In this document: positions 38,768 to 51,818 of the stretch, one piece after another
How the letters are laid out: every line of letters starts with the position of its first letter
Position numbering within the stretch: the stretch's first letter is position 1
The notes under the pieces: generated by a model
The model's input: the letters and a program-made list of their open reading frames with translations, nothing else
Databases searched by the model: none
What the model was told of the DNA's origin: nothing
Source of the DNA: Syncephalis fuscata S228
Taxonomy: Eukaryota > Fungi > Zoopagomycota
Assembly: GCA_025786725.1 (NCBI GenBank)
Contig: JAHLTZ010000020.1
Coordinates: forward strand, 248,001-312,000
Length of the DNA stretch: 64,000 nt
Reading direction: 5' to 3'
Made by a program: the position numbers and the translations under genes

Positions 38768-40794
38768 TTAATTTAAAGTGGGCCTTTTTAAGGCGGGCTT
38801 GTCGGAAGGAAAGTGCCCGTTTAGCAACACCTTGTTTTGTATTTGGAATAGCGACTGCGTTTTGGCTGACGCTGCTGTTTTCTTGCTGCTAATCCATTGT
38901 TGAACCAAGAACAGTTCAATACCTGGGCGGCAGTATACCGTGTGGTACTATCTAGATCTAGTAATTCTTCCATCAATTGAATGACTGCAGTGTATTAGTT
39001 GATGTTAATAAAAAATATATAACTTACCTTGATTACTTAACCCGTTGATTCTTCCCCGGCCAAATGTGGGCGGATTCTGTAGTATGCGCCTCATATACAT
39101 AGATTGGGTCTTTACTATGCTATATGGGCAGCGTTCTAATTAATAGTATTAAACAGTTAGTGTTTGCTTTTGTTTTTGTTTGCACTTACCCAGTAACATC
39201 GTATGGAGCGTTGCTCCCAAGCCCCACATATCGGCGGGCTTTCTATGCTCCTTAGCATTCAGCAATGCTGGAGGGAGAATGCATGCCATCCCAAAGTCTG
39301 TAAATACGACTCTGGGACCCCCCTGGCCACCAAACAACAGCATGTTGTCGGGCTATTTAAATGTTAGCAATAATTACAAATATTTAATAAATACTTACTT
39401 TGATATCTAAATAACAATAGTAATAATAGTAATAATAGTAATAATAGTGATTAGTGATTATATTAATTAATAGGTTAATGTATTTACCACGATGAATGAT
39501 ATTCATGCTATGAAGGTGCTAATAGAATGTTAGTATTTTAATTAATGTTTTATACTAGTACTTACTTGAATACCTTCAAGCAGCTGTTTAAAGATATATT
39601 TTGCTTCCATCTCTGGAAGTGGGGCTTTTGAGACGATGTGATTAATTAGATCACCGCCTGTTGCGTACTCAAGAGACAAGTACGTGTTCAGGCGGTGACC
39701 GCACCATCTAAAAAGCCTATTACGCCAGGGTGGTTACCCACCGCACGTAATGTGGCGACTTCATTATTGAAGCTTTTAAGGCCGCTTCCTTTTGATGATA
39801 CTTTGACCGCAACACGTTCGCCTGTGCTGCGGTCAAATCCCATGTAGACTTGGCCAAAAGCGCCCCTATTATAAATAATTAGTAGCTAATTAGTTAGTTT
39901 AATTTATTACTTACTCTCCAATGGGCTTATCAACAAGCATGAACTTCTGGTTGATTTTCTATAACATTAATAAAATAATATTAGCAATATTTAAATATAA
40001 TTGTAAACTTACCTTTTCGTACTCTTTGCTGTCTTCTATTTTTACAGGCTTATAATGTTTAATGATGTAGATATTAAACGTTACTGCCACGCATAATTAG
40101 AAATAATCATAAATAATCACTTGTCACTTACTATTGTGGCCAGGTATTGTGACAACACAATCACCGGCAACTCTTCTTGACTCATTGGCACTCAATTCAA
40201 TGTTATTGACTAAAATAATTGTTAGTAAAATAATTACTATTACTTGTTTAAACTAACCCATTAAAACATCTAGTTCAATGTTCTGAATACTAATTAGTAT
40301 TAATAATGTTAAATGCCCATTCACTTACTTTGAATGTAATAAAACCATTCGACTATAATCATTCATAGTTAGTACCAGTTTATCAATGCAAATATTATAC
40401 TTACTACTAAAAATTTAAAGCATTGATCTGGCAAAGATGCAGTGGCCAGGCAGACGTTGCTGTTTAAATGTGCATGATATTAGCTTATTACTTATATATT
40501 GTTTAAATAATTACCAGTCTTGATCGGACCCAACAGTATAACTCTTATTTTTTATTATTGAAATTTCTAAATAAACACTAGTTAGATAGATTTATATTTA
40601 GCAATTTTTAACTTACTTTTAGATCCTGCTTCATGGATTCTAGCCCATACGACAATAGCAATGCATATTGCTGGAGAAAAGGTGTACCAGTTTACTGAAA
40701 CGTTATAAAACATTAAATCCTCATCACTTGGAAGATTTAATGACTGTTGAACAGCAACAGCAACCGGAACAATTGGAATGGAAGTGGAAAACAT
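38768..40794 (-). CDS. CAMK-group kinase with probable degenerate FHA N-terminus (Chk2/Dun1/Mek1-like), many tiny exons
   Basis: IGE|GAFGQVY, RVAVK, LEYATGGDL, HLHSMNIIHR|DIK|PDNML, TDFGMA, KPADMWGLG; one frameshift near 39690; the FHA call is tentative. Confidence 0.8.
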
Positions 40795-41757
40795 TATTAT
40801 AAAATAATGAATTCAAATATTCAAATAATAAAATTCCAAATTGAAAGTTATGAGCTGGGAGTAAAGCAGTAAGAAAAGGAAAGATAATTGTGTATTACTT
40901 TTTTCGTTTATTTAAATACATTTACAATAGCACAATATCAGTTAATATAAAAAGTGATACTGCAATAATAGTGTAGACAAACAATATACTCAAAAAGACA
41001 CAAAGAACTTATACAGATGATTGATCTATTTTTAGTGTGATAAATGTGTAAATTACTAAGTTACAATCAAAGCGCCAACCGCAACAAATAGAGAAACAGC
41101 CACAAAGCAAGAGTTGATGCCATTGAATGTTACAACACAAAGAAAAAACTAACGGCATGCTGCAAATTTTACAATGGCAATGAAATAAGAGCATTGTTTT
41201 GCATGATGCATAGTAGCGACAAAGTATTGTTCTTAAATGGTGCAGAATGGCATCAGATCATTGGTTCCAGGTGATGCAAGTGGCATCAAACTATTGTTCT
41301 CAAATACCATTTTGCGTCATCCTATTGATACAATCTTGCAAAGAATGACACTGATAGCAGAACATTGTTCCTAGATAACACAAAATAACATCATTGATAC
41401 AGCCATACAAAAAGCAACAGTTTATTTGTTTAAAAATAGAACATTCAGAACAATGCTTTGTCTTATTCAAGATATGGCATTTTATGATCACATGCTAAAC
41501 TAGAAATTATACCGGGAACTGGATAATTAGCTTTTCTCGTCTTTGTATGCTGTAGGCTAAACAAAGTCTATATAGAAGAACGGCCATACATATAATAATT
41601 AACACTTGTAAACATATTTTAGCAAGCTGAAAAGAGTATGTTTTTATTTATCAAAATTTCAAGCCATCTTATACACTAGTTTAAGTAGTTATGTGGAAAT
41701 AATTGGTAAATAAATAGTAAAATAAATAAAGATAACATTTTTGCAAACATTAACCAT

Positions 41758-41870
41758 TTAGTATGATTTAGTAATTAAATGACTATATCTAATAACATTT
41801 GTTTTATTGAATATGATGGTGGATGATGTCAGGGTTCATAATACTTATTATTATAGATTGACTATCCAGT
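41758..41870 (+). repeat. AAATGACTA-family core, degenerate
   Basis: ttagtatgatttagtaattaaatgactatatctaataacatttgttttattgaatatgatgg. Confidence 0.75.
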
Positions 41871-44312
41871 ATGCAATATCCTCCATCCATTTATATAATT
41901 TCCATTGTATATTCATACAAATATATACTATTCTATGATATACAGACAATATTATATTTGCTATAAATATTAAATCGCTTTATTGCTTAATAAATAATAT
42001 AGTTTCAATATTGCTATTTATACTTTTCATTGTATATTTATGATATTCTATATAACTGTATAATACATTAGATATGCGCTATTTAAAACTGCTGTTCATT
42101 TGACACTATTTTGTTATTTATAAATATCAACCCATTTATTTTATTAAATCATTAGCAATACAGTTGCGATGTTGCTATTCATTCATATGTTTATCATTCT
42201 GTTATGGAATAGACATAAACTATTAATAAAATATTTATTGCTACCTGTATTTATAATTGACATGGAAGCGCACTTCAGTATAGCTGGATGGACAATCAAG
42301 TCAACCGACTGGTGTAGATATGATTGTTTTGTGGACAAGTGTAGAATAAAAAAGGGACTATCATCAGATCTAGTGGTGAAATGGCATCCGTGCACCAAAA
42401 TGGTCCAGTCAGGCGCAATACACCAATAAACAGTCGTCATGTACTCTACCAATACTGTCCATTCTAATTGGTGGATATATTTTGGAATAAGCTTATAAGG
42501 TTGTGCTGAGCGTACTTTTGCTCATTACTTCGTTTTCTCTTGTTTCTAGTTGTCAATATGCTGTAAACTGCTTGTTAATGGAAGCATCTGTTCTAGTAGC
42601 TATATCCAGTGGTGAGTGGTCTCCTTGCTGGTTGATCACAATATACTGCGTTATGCATTTGAGCTGTGTTGAATGTAGAATACAATAGTGCAGACTACTG
42701 TGCTATACTAGCTCAGCAACTATATGGTTGCCTGTACTAGGCAGCTGTATACTGGCATAGTGCGGAGATATGTGGGATAGCAGGGTGTGCAGTGCTGTGT
42801 TTAGCAAGTCAGTATTGCTGTGCACTCCCCTCATGTTGATGCGGCGACCCGTATGGGTGGTCATATGCTGGTGCTTACTTGTATTGAACGTGCACTGGAG
42901 GTGTGTTTGATAGTCTTCAACTTGCTGAATACTATCATTGCACACTGGACTGGTGTGATATGTGGATTATTCGTACTGAATACCATGCATTACACTGTTT
43001 ACTTGTGGGTGTTGTTAAACGGTTGTAATAGAGCACTAGTCGCCATACCATTTTAGTTTTCAACTGCCGTGCTAGATACTCTATACAACACTGACATAAA
43101 CAAGGACTAACGACCGAAAACTAAATGGCATCTCTACTACTGATAATGTCATAGCGTAGACTGGTTGCTATATTACAATTATTTAATAACATATCAGTAT
43201 TGGTGATGTGCTGTTTAGTTGTAATATGTTGTGGTGTTCATGTGTTCAGCTCTAGACATCAACTACAAATGGGTGAATCCATAGTTTGGTGCAGCTTATT
43301 GCTACGCTTGAATTGCCATGGCATCTTATAACATTTATTGAACAGCATTGCCATCAAGATAGCAGCTAATATAGAGCTGTACGCATCCGACAAATGTTAC
43401 TTATGCCCAAGTTGTAGTATCGTCGGTACTCCAGGTGGACGTATAGTTGCTGCATTAGCTGCTATCTTGTTTAACAACTTTTAACAACATTTCTAGTTTA
43501 TTTGTATAACAGATAACAACAATACACAAACAACTACACGCATGTACACTATAAACTATACGCACGGAACAATCAACTAGATGTAGGTGCTTATTACTAC
43601 TAAACAATACTAACGCACTTTTATTATAGCTATTCGAGCATTGGTGCCGGATCAACAAGTATATCTAACTGCATTTGTTATCGGACACAAATATTTTGCA
43701 TGCAACTTACAATACCAACTATAGAATTCGTTGGCACAAGCATCGACAACAATACTGTATACTGTCGTTGGTACTATTGTTTGGGCTGGATTCTAAATGG
43801 ACATATCTGGTTTATATTACCCAACACTAACTGGCATTGCTATTGCGCATCTGCTAAATGCTTTGGTTTGATTGAAGTGGTGGTAATAAAGAGGGAGGTG
43901 GTGGGCATTACACATCTATTACATTGAAATGGTAGATTTAATAAAGAAGCGCATGAGGTGTTTGCTGAATCGACATAACACTGTGACTCCATTACTAGTT
44001 TGTCTAATGTTGTGCTTATTATATTTATTAAAACTAAAATACTAATATGTTTATTTAATTAAAGTCATTGATACTTGAATGGCTAGATTACAAGTAGCTA
44101 CATTCAATACTAAATTTACGCCAACTATTTTAATAATAATAACAATAATTGCTTAATTTATTTGTTTTATTTATTAACATATAGCATAATTTAAAGAACA
44201 AATGACTATTTTGTTACATTCGCGTAATTGAACTACACATTTAATTTATTGAATATGGGGACAAGTGGTGAGTTTTATTTAATTATTACAGCATCACATT
44301 ATAGTATAATTT
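41840..44312 (+). mobile_element. ~2.47-kb duplicated cassette A, copy 2
   Basis: Direct near-identical copy of 7457-9916. Confidence 0.85.
42183..43992 (-). pseudogene. C-to-T hypermutated multi-exon gene relic inside cassette A copy 2
   Basis: MESQCYVDSANTSCASLLNLPFQ...HLADAQ*QCQ...QPKQ*YQRQ...VGI|phase-0 intron|IYLLIRHQ...DGNAVQ*ML*DAMAIQA*Q*AAPNYGF; ~300-codon last exon readable in one frame. Confidence 0.65.
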
Positions 44313-44319
44313 GGTGGTC

Positions 44320-44560
44320 AAATGACTAATATCTAATAACATCCAATCTATTGAACATAATGATAAGTGGTGAGTGACATCAATCATCAAATACTCATCA
44401 TTGTAGATTCATTATCCAACATGCATATATTCAGTACACATATACTTTATTCACCTATATCATTCTATTCTATTATAGACACATTTTATTTATTACAGGC
44501 TTCAATACACTTTATTTGTTTTATTAATCACATTATACACATTATGGTTTTACCATGCTA
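44320..44560 (+). repeat. AAATGACTA-family copy (core plus partial body)
   Basis: aaatgactaatatctaataacatccaatctattgaacataatgataagtggtgagtgacatcaatcatcaaatactcatcattgtagattcattatcc. Confidence 0.9.
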
Positions 44561-44865
44561 TTTATGCTATGACGCATCACTATATACCTACATGAAAACA
44601 TAGCATCATTGTGACAGTGTTATGTGTCAGAATGATTGCTATAAGCCAATAGATTTTTGTGTGTAATATCATCATTGTAGCCTGTTCTATTTGACTTTTG
44701 ATATTTCAGTTCACACACCGCGCAACACTTTATATTGCCCCTGAGTAATCATTGTATGTCGCCACGCTCTAGTGTGTATTATTAGCAATAACAATACCGC
44801 CAATTACTGTTGTAATAACCGAGATACAACCTTACAATATCAGTGTGCTGTATATAGCAACTAGT

Positions 44866-47800
44866 ATGGTTGACGAAAAGGCGATCTCACCTACTAAGGT
44901 GGATCTCGAGGCTCATTCGAGCATAGCACCAACTTCTTTAATATCACCAGTCATAGCAGCACCCACCGATACTGTGAATGCAACAGCAGTAGAGAAAGAA
45001 AAAACAAGCAAGAAAAAAGCGCCTAAGAAGAAAAAGACCAAAAAACAAGCAGTTACCAAGGAAAACAAAACAAAAGATATATCAACTGATAAAGAGGAGA
45101 AAGTAACTGAGGATGAAGATATTGGCGTAGCAGTGCCTGCAACTTTGAACAAGCATACTAAAAATGAAAGCAATCAATCTAATGAAGGTAAATCAACGAG
45201 TAATAATGTAGATGCAGATGCCAATGCCGATACTAATCCTACCGTAGATGATACAAAGCCATTAAAGAAAGCGAAAAATAAAAAACCAAAAAAATCAAAG
45301 ACGTCAGCATCGAAAAAAGCGCAGAATAATGTTGATACTGCCTCTACAGCAATTGAAAATAATACAGTACATAATACTGAATTGGATGTAAAGAATAGGC
45401 AGCATGCATATACATCGGAATCTACAATAAATGCATTAGTAACAGACCAAGATACTATGGCACGTCAAAAACGACGACCAGATGCACCAAACAGTCATCG
45501 ATTTGAACCACCACCGATGCAGTTCAAAACATCACGATCTGTTAAGAAAACACAGACCACTAAAGATAAGCCATTGGTTGCACCAAGCAGTACTTCTGAA
45601 CAACCATTGGCATCTGTTACTTTTACTACTACTACACCATTTGATTTAATACAATCAACAAGTAAACTTGATAAAAAATTAGAAGATATTTCTATTGATG
45701 TCAATGCACCCACTTCAAAAAGTACAGATAAAAAGAAAAAGAAGCGAGAAAAGAATATAAAACATAAGAAAGAATCTAAAGGATCAGAATTAGCAACTGC
45801 ATCAGAGGTTGTTATTTCATATGATGAATTGTCCTCAACAGCACCAACAAGAGAAGCAGCTGTAGCATCAAGTAGACCAACAAAAGGAGCAGTTAGAATG
45901 GCACAAATGGCACTGTTAAATTCTGGTATTGCTAGGCAACCTAAAACAACTACGACTACAACTGCAACGACCACAACAAGTGCGAAAACAAAACCAAAAG
46001 CAACTGTAGCCACGCAAGCATTAACACCGACTAAAGAGATGGCACGTGAATCAAATCGACGTAATATCTATGAAGCACACTGGAATCAACACGATGTTGC
46101 AGCTGGTTTAGAACAAAAGCGGCTTATTGAAGGCAAACTACGTGTTAGTCAACGACACAGAAATGAAGCCTATGTAACAGTTGAAGGGTTTGAAGATGAG
46201 GATGTTTTTATCTATGGCCATGTACTACGTAATCGAGCACTGGACACTGATACAGTTGCTATTGTCATGTTAACTGAAAATGAGTTGATTAAAACAAAGA
46301 AATTAAAACAAGATACTGATCGACAACGTCGTGCTCAACAGCAACTAACTCCATTGACCAATGATAAAGGTAGATTAGAACTAAACAAATAGATTAGTTA
46401 AGTTAATATTTCTATTATAATCATAGAACCAGCATTATGGGGAAAAGTAGTGGCTATTATTTATACGCATAAACAACGATTATTTGCAGGGTAAATATAA
46501 ATAGATATATAATAGGTAATGACTTGCTTAATTATATACTATTATAGTACATTATCAACTACACGTAATGCAATAGATACAACAAAACAAAACCACCACT
46601 AGTCGTAATGATAACATTGCTAATAATACAGGTCATTGGTGGTTTAAACCAGTAAGTCTATTATTATAATCAGTTTAACCATAATTCATAATATTGTATT
46701 AACAATTGTATAATAGATAGATAAAGCAATTCCTTTCATATTGATACCCATTGAAAATATACCTGATAGCATTCAGAAAACATTCAATACAGCTGAAGAT
46801 ACAAGCTCACTCATGGTTACTGTAAGTCTAATTAAAATAACCATTAAAATAGTACAGTATATTTACCATTATTATTAGGCTAAAATACATCGATGGTCGC
46901 TTACATCCATGGGACCGATGGGCAAGATTATTGAGATATTGGGGTCGGCCGGCAAACTTGATGTAGAAACCAAAGTATTGCTTACCAATGCACAAGTACG
47001 AGCAGATCCATTCTCTAAAAGAGTGATGGCCTGTCTTCCATCAACTGTAAGTTACTATATGTAAATAGATAATGGCAATGATATTTATATGTTATAATGT
47101 TTATAGCCATGGCTAGTTCCTGAAGCCGAGTTGAATAGCCGCTATGATATGCGATCATTTTGTATATTTACAGTAAGCTATTTATTTATTTATTTAACAT
47201 AGAAATATACCGATTACATTGATTACTTTACAGATTGATCCATCGACGGCTAAAGATCTTGATGATGCAGTATCTTGTGTTAGGTAAGAATAGCATTAAT
47301 TATTTACAAATGTATTACATATTAGTATATATACTAATATATATATAATATGTATGGTATATATATATATATATGGTATAGAAATGAGAATGGCAACTAT
47401 TCAATTGGTGTTCATATTGCCGATGTATCTCATTTTGTATTACCGCAAACGGCTCTTGATGAAGAAGCACAGCAGCGTGGCAGTACTACGTATCTTGTGG
47501 AAAAAGGTAGATTATTATAGTAACAATACGTGTGACAATTAACTTATTAATACAATTGATTAGCTATTCCAATGTTGCCTTCACTATTGTGTGAACAGTT
47601 GTGCAGTCTTCAACCAGGTGTGGATCGGTGAGTATTGTTTATTCATATTCTAAATATATTATTAACGATATACATATTATAGCTTGGCCTTTTCGGTTAT
47701 TTGGCACATGACACCAGATGGTGTAATTCTAGACACTTGGTTTGGTAAAACGGTTATTAGACCGTGCTGTCAACTATCCTATGAGCATGCACAAATGGTT

Positions 47801-49434
47801 ATTGATGGTGGTAAGCTGCCTAGTGACCTAAAGATTGACCAACAACCTGCTAGTCAAATTGAAGATGATATTCGTTTATTCCATGTAAGCTATTGATAAA
47901 AAGATATAATGATGATTAACACTCTGTATGCTATTATAGACACTGGCCCAGAATTTACGTAAAAAGCGATATGAAAATGGTGCTCTTAGCATTCATTCGG
48001 TCAAGTTATCATTTGCTCTTGATGAATTTGGTGATCCAATTGATTGCCATGCATACGAACGAAAAGAAAGCCATTTCCTAATTGAAGAAGTAAGTAGATT
48101 AGCAATAAGCAAGTTATATTACCGTCTACTAAACATATCTGCTAGTTTATGTTATTGGCCAATATGAGTGTGGCAAAGCGTATTGCCATCACTTTCCCCG
48201 AACAAGCATTGCTACGCCGGCATGCGCCACCTATTGCCCGTCGTATGGAATCGTTTGTAGAGCTATCAGAACAGCTAGGCTATAAGATGGATGGCACATC
48301 AAGCTCAACCTTACAAAACTCGCTAGCATCTATCGATAGTCCTGAAGTTGCACATGTAAGTAGCAGTATTACTATAGTATACATACAACTAATAAATATT
48401 TATATGTATCATGACATGTAGGTACTGCGTTGTCTATGTGTTAAATCGATGCGAAGAGCAAAGTATTTCTCTACTGGTTGCCTTGATATTAGTCAGTACC
48501 AGCACTATGCGTTGAACGCACCTATCTATACGCATTTTACATCGCCGATTAGAAGATATGCCGATATTGTGGTACATCGATTGTTAGCCGCCTCATTAAG
48601 TAGCGGCAATAACAGTAATAGCAATAGTAAGGCAGGTAGCGGCAGTCAACAAAGTAAGTTTAATAAAGTAATGGCTATTTTAATAGCAATGCTAACCATC
48701 CATTATGCTTCATAGGCAGATTACTACCTTCTTGGTTAAGAGAGTCAAATCCAACACGTAGTTACTCTATATCAACTGAAGAAATGCGCGAATTGGCACG
48801 TCAATGTAACGAAGGCAAAGATCGAGCAAAGAAAGCCCAAGATGCATCGGGTCTCTTGTATTTAAGTCTATATCTTCACCGAGAAGCATCAAAGCTCGAT
48901 CATGGATTGCTGCGTAAGGAAGCAGTTATTCTAGAGGTAATGGACCGGTCAGTACGTGTACTCGTTATGGAATACGACATTGAACAGCGTATCTATCTTG
49001 ACCGACTACCACTCGATCAATTCATTTGGGATGAATCGCATCAACGCCAGACACTATTATGGAAAATTGACACAGTCATGACAGCCGAGTTGGTTAAAAC
49101 AGCCAAGAATCGACAAGCTACTAAAGAGGACACGACAAAAGATGTTGAAATGGAACAAGAGGAAGAACAAGTAACAGCCAATGAAGAAGACGATACTGTT
49201 CGACTTATTACAGATCGTGAAGATGAATTGGTTGATGCTATTACACCTAGTTCACCTGTCAAAGCCACAATAGTAACAGCCGTAACAAAAGATTCTACCG
49301 ACGAGTCAACATTATCACCAAGTGAACGACGTCAAGTACTTAATGTATTTACTAAAGTGCCTGTTTGGATCACTGTTGATATGGATAAATCACCGCCTAC
49401 CATTTGTATGGTATTGGCTGATCCGTTTATATAA
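44866..49434 (+). CDS. DIS3L2: DIS3-like exonuclease 2 (RNase II/RNB family)
   Basis: LIEGKLRV...[19 protein letters not shown]|[32 protein letters not shown]|[19 protein letters not shown]; no PIN domain. Confidence 0.92.
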
Positions 49435-49548
49435 CTGTCATTTTATTAATAATAATAATGGTAGTAGTGGTAGTGGGTATAATTAGACAATGATTAAAGA
49501 GCATTTCATTATGGCTGTATTACTAGCACAGATCATGTGCATAGATAA

Positions 49549-50787
49549 TTAAAATAAAAATCTAAATAATTTGGCCAATACAGATGCTACTTGTGGTGTT
49601 ACTGTAGATGATGTTTTAGTCTTTGTATTTTTGTTATTGCTATTGTTGGTATTCACTTCACTGGCCACTACTTCTTTTTGACGGAATGATCGATGGACTC
49701 GTTTCATATTTGGATCTACAAAGGAAGAAGTATCTGTAGTAGTATGTATTTGTATTTATTGTGGTTTTCTTCTTCTTTTGTTGTTTGCGTGTACGTATTG
49801 TCTCCAGTAGTTGACCACGTTCAACATTCTCCATATACATCTTGTTCTCTCGTCTTGCTTGTTCCAATTCAGTTTGCATTCGTTGTTGACGAGCCGCTCT
49901 TTCATAGGCTAATTAAAAGTATTAGTCGTTAATATATAAAATATATACTAGTAATAGACTATATTTACCAATACGCTCAGTCAAATGATTCCATTTAAAC
50001 TTTGGTAAATATTTTAAATTCCATAAATCATGTTGATAAAATCCACGTTTTTGACTACCATTACCTAATAATAATAACACAATAATAATAATTAAATATT
50101 ATAATATATCAATATATTATAGTATATCTTACCTATTGGTTGAGCATTTAATGATTTGGCTACTAGTTTGGCCACTTTCTTATCACTAAACTCGACCCAT
50201 CCTTCTGTAAACATTAATTTTCTATTCCCACCCATACGTCTACGTCTTTTACGAGCATTTTCATCTAATTTGATTTAATACTACTAATACATCATTTAAT
50301 AACTACTTACCTTCAGGTGCCAAATAAATACGGCCCACTTTACCGTATTGTGATAAAAGATGACGTATTTTTTGTGGCTTCATAAAGGGTGGAATGCGTG
50401 ATAGATAAATAAGACCGGATTTTTCATGTGCCTCTTTATACCGATCCAGTTCTTCAGATGTTAATCCTTTAACAATATTCTTTTCTTTACGCTTTGTAGT
50501 TTTAGTAGATTCAACAAGTTGATCCAATTGAATATTATCAATATCTTGTTCTATGTCACTTGACACTGCATTATACTTGTTGTCTTCTTCTTCTTCTTCG
50601 TCTTCTTCGTTATCTTGCTCCATTTTATCTTCTTTAAGGTCAATGTCGCTTTCACTATCGGTATCTTCGTCAGAGTCGTTATTTAATGGCAGTTCTTGCG
50701 CTGACGGCCCTTCTCCAACAACTCTACCGTCTCTTCTTCATCAGATACAGCTGCATCACTATCGTTAAGCCGATGTAGGTCGTCCAT
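49549..50787 (-). CDS. ESF2: Pre-rRNA processing protein Esf2/ABT1
   Basis: SGLIYLSRIPPFMKPQKIRHLLSQYGKVGRIYLAPE, FTEGWVEF, DLWNLKYLPKFKWNHLTE; frameshifts in low-complexity parts. Confidence 0.93.
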
Positions 50788-50929
50788 GGTTTAGGAATAT
50801 GATTCAGTGGAACGAATCGTGTCAAAAGGAAACAAAAAGAAAAAGAAATAAAAATCCACACCATAATTTGATTCATATCCACGTTGCAACTCCACTTGTA
50901 TACACACAAACTATACTATTACTTATATC

Positions 50930-51818
50930 ATGGTAGGTTAAACGGTGTTTATTGCGATGACCTACAATTAACTGGTTATTGGCTATTGTAGTCGGTTACA
51001 TTACATACTGATTTGGGCGATTTAAAGATTGAAGTTTTTTGTGAAGCTGTACCAAAGGCTGCCGAAGTAAATAACGTAAATGACAAGTTATGATAATTAA
51101 CAAGTAGTATAGAACTTTTTAGCCTTGTGTGGCAGTGGCTATTACGACAACGTACTATTTCATCGGTTAGTAATAGAGTGATCTATTATATAGTAGCTTA
51201 ATAAGACTATGTAGAAATATTGCCGGATTCATGGTACAGGTAAATAGATAGCTCTTTATATTGGTTATAATATTAAATAGCTTCTAATAATACAATTAGA
51301 CGGGCGATCCTACAGGTAACTAGCTGTTAGTTGTAGCTGTTTGCCTACTTATGTATTATAGGAACGGGCAAGGGTGGCAATTCTATTTGGGGCCGTAAAT
51401 TTGAAGATGAAATCCGATCTACAATGAAGGTCAGTACTAATATTGATGATGATGATGATGATATAATAAACAAATAGATTTAACAATGTGGTTTATTTAT
51501 ATTAGCATAATGCACGTGGTATTGTAAGCATGGCGAATTCAGGTCCGGATACAAATGGATCCCAGTTCTTTATTACCTATAGTAAACAATCACATCTTGA
51601 TACAAAATATACGATCCTGGGCAAGTAAGTGGAAAGATAATACTTTTATATAACATAATTACTTAGCCAATCGTATTTGACGTAGAGTTATCGATGGAGC
51701 TGATACAACACTGGATGCTTTGGAGAAAGTATCAGTAGATGAAAAGAATCGACCCATTCAAGACATCCGTATTCAATCAGTGACCATTCATGCCAATCCA
51801 ATTGCTGACAAAGCATAA
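50930..51818 (+). CDS. CYP10: Cyclophilin PPIL3/Cyp10
   Basis: M|[68 protein letters not shown]. Confidence 0.93.

Noticed and set aside
41225-41310. Degenerate ~32-bp tandem repeat (tggcatca/attgttct)
   Set aside because: Only 2-3 poorly matching units; not distinguishable from background
43700-43770. PXA-domain-like reading (…ANEFYSWY) of the cassette A cargo
   Set aside because: It lies in a different frame from the ATG-initiated, splice-compatible frame; likely chance
37480-43992. Alternative genetic code (TAA/TAG = Gln) for the cassette cargo genes
   Set aside because: In-frame TGA also occurs, Cys/His excess points to CpG decay, copies differ by biased transitions, and ordinary genes here end in TAA/TAG
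4210-44560. CRISPR array or bacterial integron attC sites
   Set aside because: Eukaryotic context, irregular spacing, mixed orientation, no cas or integrase gene
1250-50730. Programmed frameshifting or mass pseudogenisation (shifts in the TPR gene, MMM1, F-box, RNase T2, MRX8, kinase, ESF2)
   Set aside because: Single-base losses fall mostly in homopolymers or microsatellites and hit essential genes; long-read assembly error is more likely
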